Source: Thermodesulfobacteriota bacterium (GTDB taxonomy: Bacteria; Desulfobacterota_D; UBA1144; Nemesobacterales; Nemesobacteraceae). From it: 64,000 nt of DNA. The notes below the pieces were generated by a model. That model had not been told where the DNA came from and made no database searches. It saw only the letters and a program-made list of their open reading frames with translations. Both the position numbers and the translations under genes were made by a program. The stretch spans positions 881,315 through 945,314 of the forward strand of contig OZ220700.1 of assembly GCA_965116725.1 (NCBI GenBank). Direction: 5' to 3'. Every line of letters starts with the position of its first letter. Position 1 is the stretch's first letter. Below are positions 39,101 through 48,439 of this stretch, one piece after another.

Positions 39101-39726
39101 GCGCGTTTTGCCTGAAGCGCCACGGACTCAATGCGGTCCGAAACCTCGCGCTTCATATCAAGGACGCGGGAGAGGTTCTCCCTGGTCGACTCTATCCTGC
39201 TTCGGGTTTCCTTTCTTCTGAGCTTGTACTTCTCGATCCCCGCGACTTCCTCTATGAACTTTCTTTTCTCCTCGGGTTTCGACATTATGAAGGACTCGAC
39301 CTGGCCCTGTTCGACAATCGAATAGGCCCTCGCGCCCACTCCGGTGTCAAGAAGCATCTCGGTTATGTCCTTGAGGCGGCACTTGACCCCGTTTAGGCTG
39401 TATTCGCTCTCTCCCGAGCGGTAAAGTTTTCTCCGGATTCTGACTTCCTCGAAACCGAAGCCCTCGACCTCCTCGAGGACCAGGGACACGTCGGCCATGC
39501 CCAGGGGCTTGAGCTCGGCGCTCCCGTTGGAGATAACGTCTTCCATGCCTCCCGCGCGCAGCTGTCTCGGGTTGTGTTCGCCGATTACCCACCTGATGGC
39601 ATCGAGAATGTTGGATTTTCCGCAGCCGTTGGGACCGACTATCGCGGTTATACCCTCGGAGAAGTCTATTCTCGTCTTCAGGTAAAAAGATTTAAAACCT
39701 GCTATTTCAAGCGCTTTAATTCTCAT
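36190..39726 (-). CDS. smc: chromosome segregation protein SMC
   Basis: MRIKALEIAGFKSF...GPNGCGKSN, long coiled coils, a hinge, and C-terminal LSGGEKALSAIA...FVFLDEIDAALD. Alternative starts are at 39747 and 39759. Confidence 0.92.
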   Translation of the reverse strand: MRIKALEIAGFKSFYLKTRIDFSEGITAIVGPNGCGKSNILDAIRWVIGEHNPRQLRAGGMEDVISNGSAELKPLGMADVSLVLEEVEGFGFEEVRIRRKLYRSGESEYSLNGVKCRLKDITEMLLDTGVGARAYSIVEQGQVESFIMSKPEEKRKFIEEVAGIEKYKLRRKETRSRIESTRENLSRVLDMKREVSDRIESVALQAKRAREYEELTGRARSLEFDVLSAKLSGSQQRKEALLEKKLGAEQFVRSADAELEQKRGLLQEAKEKNSVSGQDLGSLEKEIYELRAQKRENEYRRASIERETAGISSYVTNIEAEIESLGREVSEMEERSSRAGFQSEELKNTRLSVSEEISREEQNLVTLKSEWEQDKKELEETADLVSDVMTRRSSLGSTIGAFSKELEELGEKKEALEGEASALGLEKLECEKRLASLRRREGEIKDEFTSATKEKEEIDSRLYDLRVEHEKKLGELRGLEGRKKDCVSRVEALNKIQSNYEWLPDATRKFVLERKQRGVLGVVSDFVSVPRNYERAVEAAFGEKLNWIVVEGSTEAVAAVELLREFDAGRGTFIPATDRFVANGSGNGNGRASGNGKPDATSLNSLLDVKVIEKSLVDSMLQEVYVTSDLREAIRLKSRTGNGACFATLEGDYVDSHGAVTGGKSLAGVFERKREIEELEGQTQTLLADIEKLESVCRTLKEEMEALEGRRAQVQELLRRCEISSVENAKDRSNAETRIEELGTRIGNLEVQRDELERKLGSKNRTVEEMESLIEQLDGQRSALESKYGEIEKRALGFAEEEKALQEKITKLRIENAGVLEREKALEHEISEAERIKAVINEKLSLRTKDGELKKQESEALALSRRQAEEEFEKICSDLGLREESFGELRERVSHYAEELRRSEEEFEAASQELSSRRERLASAQAKLERAQDEFEYLSERYTETFGDAAPDASQSPNLSHVSIPDAERELKTLRRRIENFGPVNLLAPEEYEQLEERNGFLQRQTDDLARALDYLEGAIRKLDRESVSRFREAFEIVNGKFSETFCKLFENGEARLELTDPRNLLETGVEVMIRPGGKRFQPINLLSGGEKALSAIAVIISACLVKPVPFVFLDEIDAALDEVNTVRFNKILSEIADHSQVAVITHNRKTMHEADALIGITADGTAASRVVSVKLDA

Positions 39727-39982
39727 GGGAGAATCGCGGTCCGGCATCGCTGCGTTCACGCGCGCCGCCGCCCGTTTTACGCAAAACCCTCGCCGTAACC
39801 GGGAAAGTTAAAGCTCCCGCATGCGTATTATAGAAGCCCTGAAGGGGCCAGAATCCTGAAGAAAGCTGCCGGGGTGATGCTTTCGGCAGTATGTGAAAAA
39901 GATTCCTTATCAATCAAGGCCTTCCGGTCAATACGAATTATACCACAATATCTAGAGGATTTACAACTTCCCGGTCGGGAAA

Positions 39983-41575
39983 TCACCCTCCCTGGGAAAG
40001 AAGGTTCTTGTTGGGTGAGATCTTGGAGCTTTCTCTGAGGTTCTCAAGCAGGCGCTCAACCACAAGCATCTTTCGCAACGAGACCTCCTGGCGCCTAAGA
40101 GAATCCTTCTCGATTCCGAAGTACCCGCTGTCGGCGGGCTTTGTCTTCGCAAGCGACACTATGTAGAAAGTCTCCCCCGACTTGTAAACACGATTGGGGG
40201 TAGGACGGTTGCTTCTCAGCCCGAAGACATCTGAAATGAAATCCCCCGATTCGACGTCCAGAGGATCATCGGACCTTGAGAAAAAACCGGTGCGCTCCAC
40301 CGAAAGACCCATGGACTTGGCCACTCCGGAGAAACCTTTGCCCGAGTCGGTTAATTTCGCGAGACTGTTCCTGGCGGATTCCCTGGCCCGATCGACGCCC
40401 TTTTCCCTTTTGAGGGCCTCGATAATCTCCCCGCGCGCGGACTCAATTCCCGACCGTTTCGAGGATTCGACCCGGGTTACCTCGAAAAACCAGGTGAAAT
40501 CCCGAAGCACCACGTTTGAAAGCCTTTTTTTCTTTACCGAAAAGGCCTCTCTTCTTATGGCGCCGGGGACGTCTCCGCCCGCGCCTCCGAGAGTAAACTC
40601 CGCGGTTTCTTTCACCTCAAGCGAGCTTTTTTCGGAAAGAAGGTCTGAGAATGAGCGTCTTTTCCGGAGAAAATCCTCAAGGAACTGGTTGTAGAGAAGC
40701 TTTGATTTGCCCTCTACAAGCTGCTTTTTTATCTCCCCCTTTACGTCGTCAAATGGTTTCGGGGTCCCTTTGGAAAGAAATTCCTCCGGGTAAGTGGTGT
40801 AGTAGGCCTCGATTTCCTCGTCGGAAACCTCGGCATCCTCGGTGAAATCCCCGGGAGTTAGTTTTACGTAGCGCGCCGCGCGTTTCTCCGGCTCCCAGAA
40901 AAGATCGGTGTTTTTTCTATAATACCGGGCGATTTCCTCTTCGCTCGGTTTCTGGCCCTCAAGGTAATCCCGGGCCGCAAACGAGACGTAGTGAAGATCG
41001 ATTTTCTCCTCGCGCGTCCTGTAGATGCTCAAAAGCTCCTCGTCGCTTGCCGTTACGGAGCTGTCAAGAACTGAAACGAGCTTCTCCACAAGGAGATCTT
41101 CCCTGTAGGAGTCCTCGAAATCCTTCACGGTGCGGTTAAGTCCCCTTGAAATAAAGTCCCGGTAGCGTTCAAACCCCACGAAAGCGCCGTCCACCTGGAA
41201 CCCCGGATCGTTTCTTATTGCGTCTGAAAGCTCCTCCTGGCTTACCCTGATCCCCAGTTCTTCAGCCTTCTGGGCGAGAAGCTTCTTGTTGACCAGCGAG
41301 TCGATCACGGAAAAATTCACGTATTCGAAAAGCTCGTCCGAGATCTCCTGGTCGCTGCGGCGCAGGCGGTCAAGCATCGAGTCCCTGAGATTATAGAACT
41401 CCGCAAGGGAAACCTTGTCCCCGTTTACCTCTACAGCAGCTCCGCCGCTTGGGCCTCTCCCTCCTATACTTATTCCCCCTACGTATCCGAAACCGATAAC
41501 GAAGGTAAGGGCGAGCAGCAGAAGCAGGGCCTTAGTGAGAAGGCCCTGCCTGTTTCTTATGATATCGAATGCCAA
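39983..41575 (-). CDS. SurA-N/PpiD-like periplasmic chaperone (membrane-anchored; no clear PPIase core seen)
   Basis: An N-terminal TM (ALLLLLALTFVIGFGYV) is followed by a long helical region of the PpiD/SurA N-terminal type. Confidence 0.6.
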   Translation of the reverse strand: MAFDIIRNRQGLLTKALLLLLALTFVIGFGYVGGISIGGRGPSGGAAVEVNGDKVSLAEFYNLRDSMLDRLRRSDQEISDELFEYVNFSVIDSLVNKKLLAQKAEELGIRVSQEELSDAIRNDPGFQVDGAFVGFERYRDFISRGLNRTVKDFEDSYREDLLVEKLVSVLDSSVTASDEELLSIYRTREEKIDLHYVSFAARDYLEGQKPSEEEIARYYRKNTDLFWEPEKRAARYVKLTPGDFTEDAEVSDEEIEAYYTTYPEEFLSKGTPKPFDDVKGEIKKQLVEGKSKLLYNQFLEDFLRKRRSFSDLLSEKSSLEVKETAEFTLGGAGGDVPGAIRREAFSVKKKRLSNVVLRDFTWFFEVTRVESSKRSGIESARGEIIEALKREKGVDRARESARNSLAKLTDSGKGFSGVAKSMGLSVERTGFFSRSDDPLDVESGDFISDVFGLRSNRPTPNRVYKSGETFYIVSLAKTKPADSGYFGIEKDSLRRQEVSLRKMLVVERLLENLRESSKISPNKNLLSQGG

Positions 41576-41727
41576 CGGGGTTTTCCTTGAAAAGACGAAC
41601 TAAACTCTATATGAGCCGGTATCAACTTTCAAGCCGTCGTAGGGGGGTCGCGCAGTCCCCGGCTTGACACGGATAAGGGGCTCAAATAGCTTACAGGTGA
41701 AATATCCGGGGGCACGGAGAAACTCAG

Positions 41728-42681
41728 ATGATAACGGCACTTGGCGGCGGAAGCGGAGCCGCGAAATTCCTTAAGGGACTCACGGGGATAATTTCCCCGT
41801 CGGAACTCACCGTAATAGTGAACACCGCAGATGACATGGACCTTTACGGAATGAGGGTCTCTCCGGACATAGACACCATAATCTACAGGCTCTCGGGAAG
41901 CATAGACGAAAAAAAAGGGTGGGGGCTCCGCGGCGACACGTTCGAGTTTCTGGGCGCCGCCGCGAGATTCGGTTTTCCGACGTGGTTCGGTCTCGGGGAC
42001 AGGGATCTCGCCACTCACCTGTTCAGAAAAGCCGTCATCGACGCGGGGGGGACCCTCAGCGAATCCACCTCGAAGATAGCGCAGCGCTTCGGCCTCGGGG
42101 AAATGCGCATACTGCCAATGAGCGACGACAGGGTCGAGACATGGATAGAGACGGACGCGGGCGAAATGCACTTCCAGGAATACTACATAAAGCACGCGAT
42201 GCGCCCCGAGGTTCGCGGAGTCAAGATAAAGGGCGCGCGCGAGGCCTCCGCAGCCCCGCTGGTTCTTGACTCGATAGACGGCGCCGATCTGGTGATCATA
42301 TGCCCGAGCAACCCCATAATCAGCATAGGCCCCATACTCGAGATAAAGGAAGTGAGAGAAAGGCTAGTCGGCGCGCCGGGCCTTAAGGTCGCCGTGAGCC
42401 CCCTTATGCGCGGAAAACCCCTTAAAGGTCCTGCGGACAAGCTCATGAGGGGACTTGGAATGGAGGCTTCTTCGACCCAGGTGGCCAGACTTTACGCCGA
42501 TTTTCTGGACGTGCTCGTAATCGACCGCTCGGATGCGGGAGAGGAGGCCGCCATAGAAGCCCTGGGAGTAAGTGTTTTCGTCACGGACACTCTGATCCCC
42601 GACGAACAAAGCTCGATACGCCTTTCGCGGGACGTACTTGATTTTACAGAATCTCTGGGACAGAGACGCGCCTCTCCCTAG
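41728..42681 (+). CDS. cofD: 2-phospho-L-lactate transferase (CofD family)
   Basis: MITALGGGSGAAKFLKGL...IVNTADDMDLYGMRVSPDIDTIIYRLSG...GWGLRGDTF match the CofD signature regions. Confidence 0.72.
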   Translation: MITALGGGSGAAKFLKGLTGIISPSELTVIVNTADDMDLYGMRVSPDIDTIIYRLSGSIDEKKGWGLRGDTFEFLGAAARFGFPTWFGLGDRDLATHLFRKAVIDAGGTLSESTSKIAQRFGLGEMRILPMSDDRVETWIETDAGEMHFQEYYIKHAMRPEVRGVKIKGAREASAAPLVLDSIDGADLVIICPSNPIISIGPILEIKEVRERLVGAPGLKVAVSPLMRGKPLKGPADKLMRGLGMEASSTQVARLYADFLDVLVIDRSDAGEEAAIEALGVSVFVTDTLIPDEQSSIRLSRDVLDFTESLGQRRASP

Positions 42682-42690
42682 GCAGGGCGA

Positions 42691-43626
42691 TCAGGAGTCT
42701 TCTTCTTCCTTTTTTCTCGGCTCGTAGGGTACGATGCTGTAGAAAAAGAACTGGGGTATGCCCTTTACTTCCGATGAATCGCAACTCGTCCGGATCTTTA
42801 CGATATGGTTCATGACCACCGTTCCTATGGCGTAAACCGTGGTTTCCCCCTCCACTCCGAACTCAACCGCAGTATAATCCTCGTTGTCTTTCTCGAATTC
42901 CCACCTTATGTCGAAAATGCCGAGTTTTTCTATCTCCCTTCTCAGAAAATAGTCGGAAACCTGCGAAGTCTGGGAATAACACGACCTTCCCCTGAAGCAG
43001 TCAAGAAATATCTCGCCGCGAAGGTGAGAGGAAACCACATCATCGAGATTTCCGCCGTTCACCCTCCCGTAATATATCCCCTCGGGAAGCATGATCATGT
43101 TGGCGGCGAAGCGGTGGCCCCCCACATGGCTGGTTCTCCATGCGGAAATCCCCTCTTTTTTTAGAAGTTCCCTGTAAACTTCAGCCCCTGCGACCGCACA
43201 GCATCCGTCGTGGGCTCCGTGAGTGCAAACCAGAACGAGTGTTTCTTCGCAGGAAAATTTCTCTATCTCCCCGGTGCGGACAAGCTCGGGGAGATCTATC
43301 GAGAGGAGGTCTTCGTATGTTTCTATTTCGAATCTGTAGAGTTTCGGGGAGACTTCAGAAGAATGGGCGTAGTAAAAAGCGAGATTCCCCTTGCTTGGTC
43401 CCGGCCCTCCTATGAGCTGAATCCTGGATTCCTCAAAAGACGAAAGAAAACTTCCAAGATGCTCCTTTACCTCCTCCGGCAATGCGCTTTCCGGAAAAGC
43501 ATCCCTTTTCCATACCCTGGAGTACTCAAGCAAAAACCAGTTCTTCACCTCAAGAGCGGTTCCGTAGAGATGTTCTCCGCTTTGGGAAGACCCCTGGGAA
43601 CATGTAAGTGTTTTTTCGTCGGTCAT
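42691..43626 (-). CDS. sucrase/ferredoxin-like (thioredoxin-like [2Fe-2S]) family protein
   Basis: LVCTHGAHDGCCAVAGAEVYRELL...SHVGGHRFAANMIMLPEGIYYGRV. Confidence 0.62.
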   Translation of the reverse strand: MTDEKTLTCSQGSSQSGEHLYGTALEVKNWFLLEYSRVWKRDAFPESALPEEVKEHLGSFLSSFEESRIQLIGGPGPSKGNLAFYYAHSSEVSPKLYRFEIETYEDLLSIDLPELVRTGEIEKFSCEETLVLVCTHGAHDGCCAVAGAEVYRELLKKEGISAWRTSHVGGHRFAANMIMLPEGIYYGRVNGGNLDDVVSSHLRGEIFLDCFRGRSCYSQTSQVSDYFLRREIEKLGIFDIRWEFEKDNEDYTAVEFGVEGETTVYAIGTVVMNHIVKIRTSCDSSEVKGIPQFFFYSIVPYEPRKKEEEDS

Positions 43627-43627
43627 C

Positions 43628-44920
43628 TCATCCTCCTTGGCTCTGCCCGCCGTTTTTTTCCCTAAGCACCGTCAGGAATTCCCCCTTCGGCACCAGATAG
43701 AAGAACTTTCCCCAGTTTCTCATCACGCCCGCGTGCCGGGAGGCGTCTTTTCCCTCCCCCCAGAAAAGGTCGACGCGCCGGGCCCCTTTTATAGCTCCCC
43801 CGCTGTCATGGTTAACGACAAAGCGGGAAACCGGCTCCCACTGCGACGGCTCGACCGAAGAGGGGGTTTCGAAGACCGGTCTATCAAACTCCATGAACGC
43901 CAGGGCTCCCTTGGGGAAAAAAGCTTTGTCGGTCGCTATGGTCCTGCCGTCAACGACTTCCGTTCCGAAAGAGGTCTCGGGTTTGCCCGGAAGTCCGCGG
44001 AAGAAAATGTAACTCGGGTTTTTGTAAAGGATATTCATCCTCTCTGCGTAGGAGAGGGATCTCAGGTGGCTTTCTATGGCCCAAAGACTCATTTTTTCCT
44101 TCGGAATCCACTCGAAGAGAAATTTCCCTATCGCCACGTAATCGTGTCCGTTCTGGGCGGCGTAGCCCACGACCCGCTCCTCTCCGTCCGCGAATCTTAT
44201 CTTACCCGAGCCCTGAATCTGAAGAAAAAACGCGTCAACAGGGTCTACCCACGCGATCTCGAGCCTTTTCCCCCTGAGCCTTCCCCCGGAGTCTATTTCG
44301 CTTCGTGAATAATAGGGAACCAGTTCCAACGTCCTGCCGGGGCCTCCGGAGGCGACCCTGCCGTAAAGGGACTGAAGCTTTCCTTGGGCGATTTTGTCCT
44401 CCTCAAGAAATGAAAATCTCTCGAACCGCTCGACGAACCTGTCTATCCTCAAGCGCACCAGGTCGTCGGGAACCCCGTATAGCGGCTGGGTGTGCTGAGG
44501 TGTCCTGGTTCGGGAAGCGGAGAGCACCGGAGAGAAGTAAGAGGTTATAAAAACCTTGCCCCAGGGTTTTCCCGGAAAACCGTAGAAATCGAAATTTTCC
44601 CTTACGTCCTTTATGAAATCATCCTTGGTAACGCCCGCTTCAAGCTTGGCGAGAAGATAACCGAGTGCAAGGGCGTAGTCTTCTGCGGAGACGGTTTTTT
44701 GTCCGAAAACGAGCTGGGAGTCCTTTTTCTGCGAAAGTTTCTCGACGCTTGCGCCGATGGATTCCTTCAGTCCCTCGGGGAAAAGGTCGTCGTCCATCTC
44801 GGGGAACGCGGGAACCGCCCGCATGGACTCGGGGCCCGGAATATCCGGGGGTCTTTCACAGGAAAGGTAGAGAAAGAGCAGGAAAACGGCTGACAGGACA
44901 GCTGCGGTTCTTTGGTTCAT
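43628..44920 (-). CDS. mltA: membrane-bound lytic murein transglycosylase A
   Basis: Signal peptide with lipobox (YLSC). The MltA-specific domain is followed by a C-terminal 3D domain (DSGGAIKGARRVDLFWG). Confidence 0.75.
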   Translation of the reverse strand: MNQRTAAVLSAVFLLFLYLSCERPPDIPGPESMRAVPAFPEMDDDLFPEGLKESIGASVEKLSQKKDSQLVFGQKTVSAEDYALALGYLLAKLEAGVTKDDFIKDVRENFDFYGFPGKPWGKVFITSYFSPVLSASRTRTPQHTQPLYGVPDDLVRLRIDRFVERFERFSFLEEDKIAQGKLQSLYGRVASGGPGRTLELVPYYSRSEIDSGGRLRGKRLEIAWVDPVDAFFLQIQGSGKIRFADGEERVVGYAAQNGHDYVAIGKFLFEWIPKEKMSLWAIESHLRSLSYAERMNILYKNPSYIFFRGLPGKPETSFGTEVVDGRTIATDKAFFPKGALAFMEFDRPVFETPSSVEPSQWEPVSRFVVNHDSGGAIKGARRVDLFWGEGKDASRHAGVMRNWGKFFYLVPKGEFLTVLREKNGGQSQGG

Positions 44921-45135
44921 CTAAACCTGTTGGTTCCCTAAAGGAAAAATATACGACGCGAAATGCCCGCTAATCAGGATAAATTTATACCTTGTTACAT
45001 GCGGCTTGCGCAAAAATTCTGCGTCTCCGGTCTCCGCCGGGACGGATATTTTTCTGAAAAGACAGGGTAAAATAAAAATTTCAGGGCAGTTTGGCCGCAG
45101 TGGCCCGCAGTTTTTTGCAGTCAAGAAACGGAAAA

Positions 45136-46080
45136 ATGAAGCGGAAATTCCTTGGCATAGATATAGGGGGAACCAACATCAGGGGAAAAATCATCTCCGA
45201 GGAGGGAAGCACGCTTGGCGAGAGAAAAACCCTCTCGGACGCCCACATGGGCATCTCCCGGCTCATGGAGAACCTGGCCGGCTTAATAGAAGGATTTGCC
45301 GGGGAAGGGGTATCCGCGATCGGGATAGGAGTACCGGGGACCGTTGACCGCGCAAGCGGCACTCTCGTCCAGGCCCCGAACATAGCAAACACCAGGGATT
45401 TCCCGTTTACAGAAGTCCTTTCGGAGAAAATCGGAACCGCAACCCCCGTTTTTATACAAAACGACGCTTCCTGCGCGGCCCTCGGAGAATACCGGGCGGG
45501 GGCGGGCAGAGGATCAGACTCGATGGTAATGATAACCCTGGGAACAGGGTTCGGGGGCGGTATAATCCTCGACGGCAAGCTCTGGCCGGGGGAAGACGGC
45601 TTCGCCGGAGAGGTGGGGCACATGACGATTAACCCGTCGGGACCCATTTGTGGCTGCGGCGCTAGGGGCTGCATTGAAACCTACGTTTCGCAGGTAGCGA
45701 TAAAGAGAATCGTCCGCGAGCACCCGGAACTCCGTGAAAGGCTCGCCGGTACCGAAGAATCGGCCCTCCCCGAGCGCCTGGCGGAGCTTGCGCGCGAAAA
45801 AAACCAAGCGGCCATCTCGGTATGGAACGACTTCGGGGCAAACCTAGGGGTGGGAATATCAATTCTCGTAAACATCCTCGACGTAAAGACGGTGGTAGTG
45901 GGCGGGGGGCTTTCGGGGGCCTGGGAACTTTTTATCGGGAAAGCCCTTGAGGAAGCCGAAAGAAGGTGTCTTGGGGGAGCGCAAAGGGGAGTTCAGATAA
46001 AAAGAGCGGCCTTGGGAGACGATGCGGGGGTGCTGGGAGCGTGTTACGTGGCAGAAACCGGGCTCGGGGAGAGATCCTAG
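45136..46080 (+). CDS. ROK-family sugar kinase (glucokinase-like)
   Basis: LGIDIGGTNIRG, ENDASCAALGE and the zinc motif GHMTINPSGPICGCGARGCIE. Confidence 0.82.
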   Translation: MKRKFLGIDIGGTNIRGKIISEEGSTLGERKTLSDAHMGISRLMENLAGLIEGFAGEGVSAIGIGVPGTVDRASGTLVQAPNIANTRDFPFTEVLSEKIGTATPVFIQNDASCAALGEYRAGAGRGSDSMVMITLGTGFGGGIILDGKLWPGEDGFAGEVGHMTINPSGPICGCGARGCIETYVSQVAIKRIVREHPELRERLAGTEESALPERLAELAREKNQAAISVWNDFGANLGVGISILVNILDVKTVVVGGGLSGAWELFIGKALEEAERRCLGGAQRGVQIKRAALGDDAGVLGACYVAETGLGERS

Positions 46081-47489
46081 GAGGCCTGGGGGCTTTTCGC
46101 AAGGTCAAGCAGCTTCTGCGAAGAACCGCGAACCCTTATCCTGAGCCACGGACCCTTCTCCTCATCCGCTTTGAACCTGTTATCCATTCTTAAACCGCCC
46201 ACCCAGATTATTCCATCGCGGGTTTCGAAAACCGGCACTTTTTTTCTAAGAAATCTAGGTATTTTCTCGTCAATGAAAAAATCCTTGAGCTTCTTGGCCC
46301 CCTTCATTCCGAGCGGAACGAACCTGTCTCCCTCGGAAAAGCTCCTGAGCGTTAAAGGAAAACCGACTTTCTCGGGCGTGAAGTACCCGACGTCGGCCGC
46401 GCCCCAGAGGGATGCGTCATCCGTAAGCTCAACAGTGACCTCAAGATCCCGGGAGATCCTGTGGGTACCGTGGGTTTTTATCTCGGTTTGCGGGAACTCG
46501 CGGAATTTCTCCTCGCGCACAAAAAAGAAAACCCCGTGCCCCGCGTGAAAAACGACTCCGCCGGGAAGGTTTATCTCCGAAGAGGGCTCTCCGGAGCGCA
46601 GTACCTCGTCAATCGAGAAAAGATGCCTGGCGGAAACCGAGTTCAGGTCCCCCTTTACGGCCAGAATCGATTTTCTCATTACCGAGAACCTGATCGCCGG
46701 AGGCTCGCGAAGAAGTTTTTCCGTGTCTCCGAGCACGCCTCCTGCCACAACGCGGGCAACTTTCCGGAATCTTTTCTCGCCTTCGGCCGAAATGAAGTCC
46801 GCCTCCGCGGCGCAGACCGCCGCCACTCGGGAGAGAACCTGCTCGACGGCCGGATTATAGCTCTCAAGCAGTGGGATAAGTTCGTTTCTTACCCTGTTTC
46901 TTAGAAATTCGTCAGAGCTGTTGGTCGAATCCTCCCTCCAGGGCTCTCCTTTTGATCGGAGGTACTCCATGGCTTCATGCTTTGTGACGTTTATGAGCGG
47001 ACGTATTATGTTGCCGGTCAAGGGCCTTATCCCGGCAAGCCCCTGGGAACCGCTTCCCCTTATGAGCCTCATTATCACCGTCTCCGCCTGATCGTTAAGC
47101 GTGTGCGCCGTGGCGATCCTCTGGGCAGAATGCTTCGTCAGAACATCGTTGAAAAAGCCGTAGCGAAGCTCCCTGGCGGCGTCCTCGATTGAAAGTTTAC
47201 GTTTTTTTCTGAATCCCTCTGTGTCTACCCGCACGCATTCAAACGGAAAGCCAAGCCGTTGGGCCGTGTCCCTGACGAACTCGGCGTCTTCATCCGACTC
47301 TACGCCCCTTAACCCGTGATTGACATGGGAAACGATCACACTTGTGCCCGGATAAAATTCCCGCAGGTCCCAAAGGGCAAAGAGAAGCGCCATGGAATCT
47401 GGTCCCCCGGACACTCCCGCAACGATCACATCCCCGGGAGCGATCATCCCGAAGGAATCAACCGTTTTTCTTATCTTGGCCAGAAACAT
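46077..47489 (-). CDS. tilS: tRNA(Ile)-lysidine synthase
   Basis: The PP-loop VAGVSGGPDSMAL, followed by the TilS substrate-binding and C-terminal domains. Confidence 0.87.
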   Translation of the reverse strand: MFLAKIRKTVDSFGMIAPGDVIVAGVSGGPDSMALLFALWDLREFYPGTSVIVSHVNHGLRGVESDEDAEFVRDTAQRLGFPFECVRVDTEGFRKKRKLSIEDAARELRYGFFNDVLTKHSAQRIATAHTLNDQAETVIMRLIRGSGSQGLAGIRPLTGNIIRPLINVTKHEAMEYLRSKGEPWREDSTNSSDEFLRNRVRNELIPLLESYNPAVEQVLSRVAAVCAAEADFISAEGEKRFRKVARVVAGGVLGDTEKLLREPPAIRFSVMRKSILAVKGDLNSVSARHLFSIDEVLRSGEPSSEINLPGGVVFHAGHGVFFFVREEKFREFPQTEIKTHGTHRISRDLEVTVELTDDASLWGAADVGYFTPEKVGFPLTLRSFSEGDRFVPLGMKGAKKLKDFFIDEKIPRFLRKKVPVFETRDGIIWVGGLRMDNRFKADEEKGPWLRIRVRGSSQKLLDLAKSPQAS

Positions 47490-48159
47490 CGGAGTCGCTT
47501 TGAGAGATCCCGGCGGAAACTATGAGCCGAAACGCGTCCTCTACGGAAATATCCAGTTCCTGCAGGTCCTCTTCCGGAACCATAATGTAAATGCCGCTTG
47601 TCGGATTCGGCGTCGTGGGGACAAACAGGCTGACAAGTTTATGGTCCGTCACGTTATGGCTCTTCCTCGGCTCAGTAGCTCCCGTTACGAAAGCTATGGC
47701 GTGAATCCCTTTTCTCGGGTACTCGACCAGCACGACCCTACTCATGCTCTGCATCTGGGAGGTGAAAAAAAGCGTCTGCACGACCTGCTTCACGCTCACG
47801 TAGAAAGTTCTCGCAAGCGGAATCTTCGATATAAGAGACTCGCCGAACTGAAGCATCCTCCTGCCGACGAAGTTCCTAGTAATGGCTCCCAGAAAAATAA
47901 TCAGCAGCAGCGTGGCCACGATTCCTATGACGAAAGAGAGCCCCTGAAACACGTAAGGCGGGACATCTATGAAGTGGCGGAGTATACCGGCTGGGCCAGT
48001 GCTGAAAAAGAAAAGCATCCACTTTATCAGCTTGTAGAGGACAAAAATGGTCACCCCGAAAGGGACGATAATCAGGATGCCGGCAATGAAGCTCTGCTTG
48101 AAAAAAGAAGATTGGGGCGTTTTTGAGTCCGGTATTTTAATCCCCCCGTTTCTGGTCAA
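47458..48159 (-). CDS. DUF502-family membrane protein
   Basis: 233 aa, two N-terminal TMs, then ...IPLARTFYVSVKQV...VLVEYPRKG...FVPTTPNPTSG, typical of DUF502. Confidence 0.62.
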   Translation of the reverse strand: MTRNGGIKIPDSKTPQSSFFKQSFIAGILIIVPFGVTIFVLYKLIKWMLFFFSTGPAGILRHFIDVPPYVFQGLSFVIGIVATLLLIIFLGAITRNFVGRRMLQFGESLISKIPLARTFYVSVKQVVQTLFFTSQMQSMSRVVLVEYPRKGIHAIAFVTGATEPRKSHNVTDHKLVSLFVPTTPNPTSGIYIMVPEEDLQELDISVEDAFRLIVSAGISQSDSDVSGQDKKNG

Positions 48160-48424
48160 TCTTTTTCCTGAGAAACCTGCTCGGCTTGAAAACGACCGTG
48201 AGGCGGGAGGGTATGTCTACTTCCTCTCCAGTGGAAGGGTTTCTTCCTATCCGGGATTTCCTTCTCGTGACCCTGAAGGTTCCGAACCTAGGGAGTTTCA
48301 CCTCTTCACCGGCTATAAGCTTCTCTCTCATCAAGTCGAAAAAAAAGTTTACTATCTCAGCGGATTCCCTTCTCGAAAACCCTATTTCCTCGTATAAAAC
48401 GCCTGCCAGATCCTTCTTTGTCAT
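48137..48424 (-). CDS. ihfA: integration host factor alpha / HU-family DNA-bending protein
   Basis: MTKKDLAGVLYEEIGFSRRESAEIVNFFFDLM...LPRFGTFRV...GRNPSTGEEVDIPSRLTVVFKPS. It lies downstream of pheT, as in the classical pheST-ihfA arrangement. Confidence 0.8.
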   Translation of the reverse strand: MTKKDLAGVLYEEIGFSRRESAEIVNFFFDLMREKLIAGEEVKLPRFGTFRVTRRKSRIGRNPSTGEEVDIPSRLTVVFKPSRFLRKKIDQKRGD

Positions 48425-48439
48425 GAAAAACCCCCCTTT

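Noticed and set aside
41629-42195. 188-aa minus-strand ORF, and many similar antisense ORFs inside secA, smc, pheT, mnmE and other genes.
   Set aside because: They lie antisense to strongly supported genes, and their Arg/Pro/Ser-rich translations are typical of shadow ORFs.
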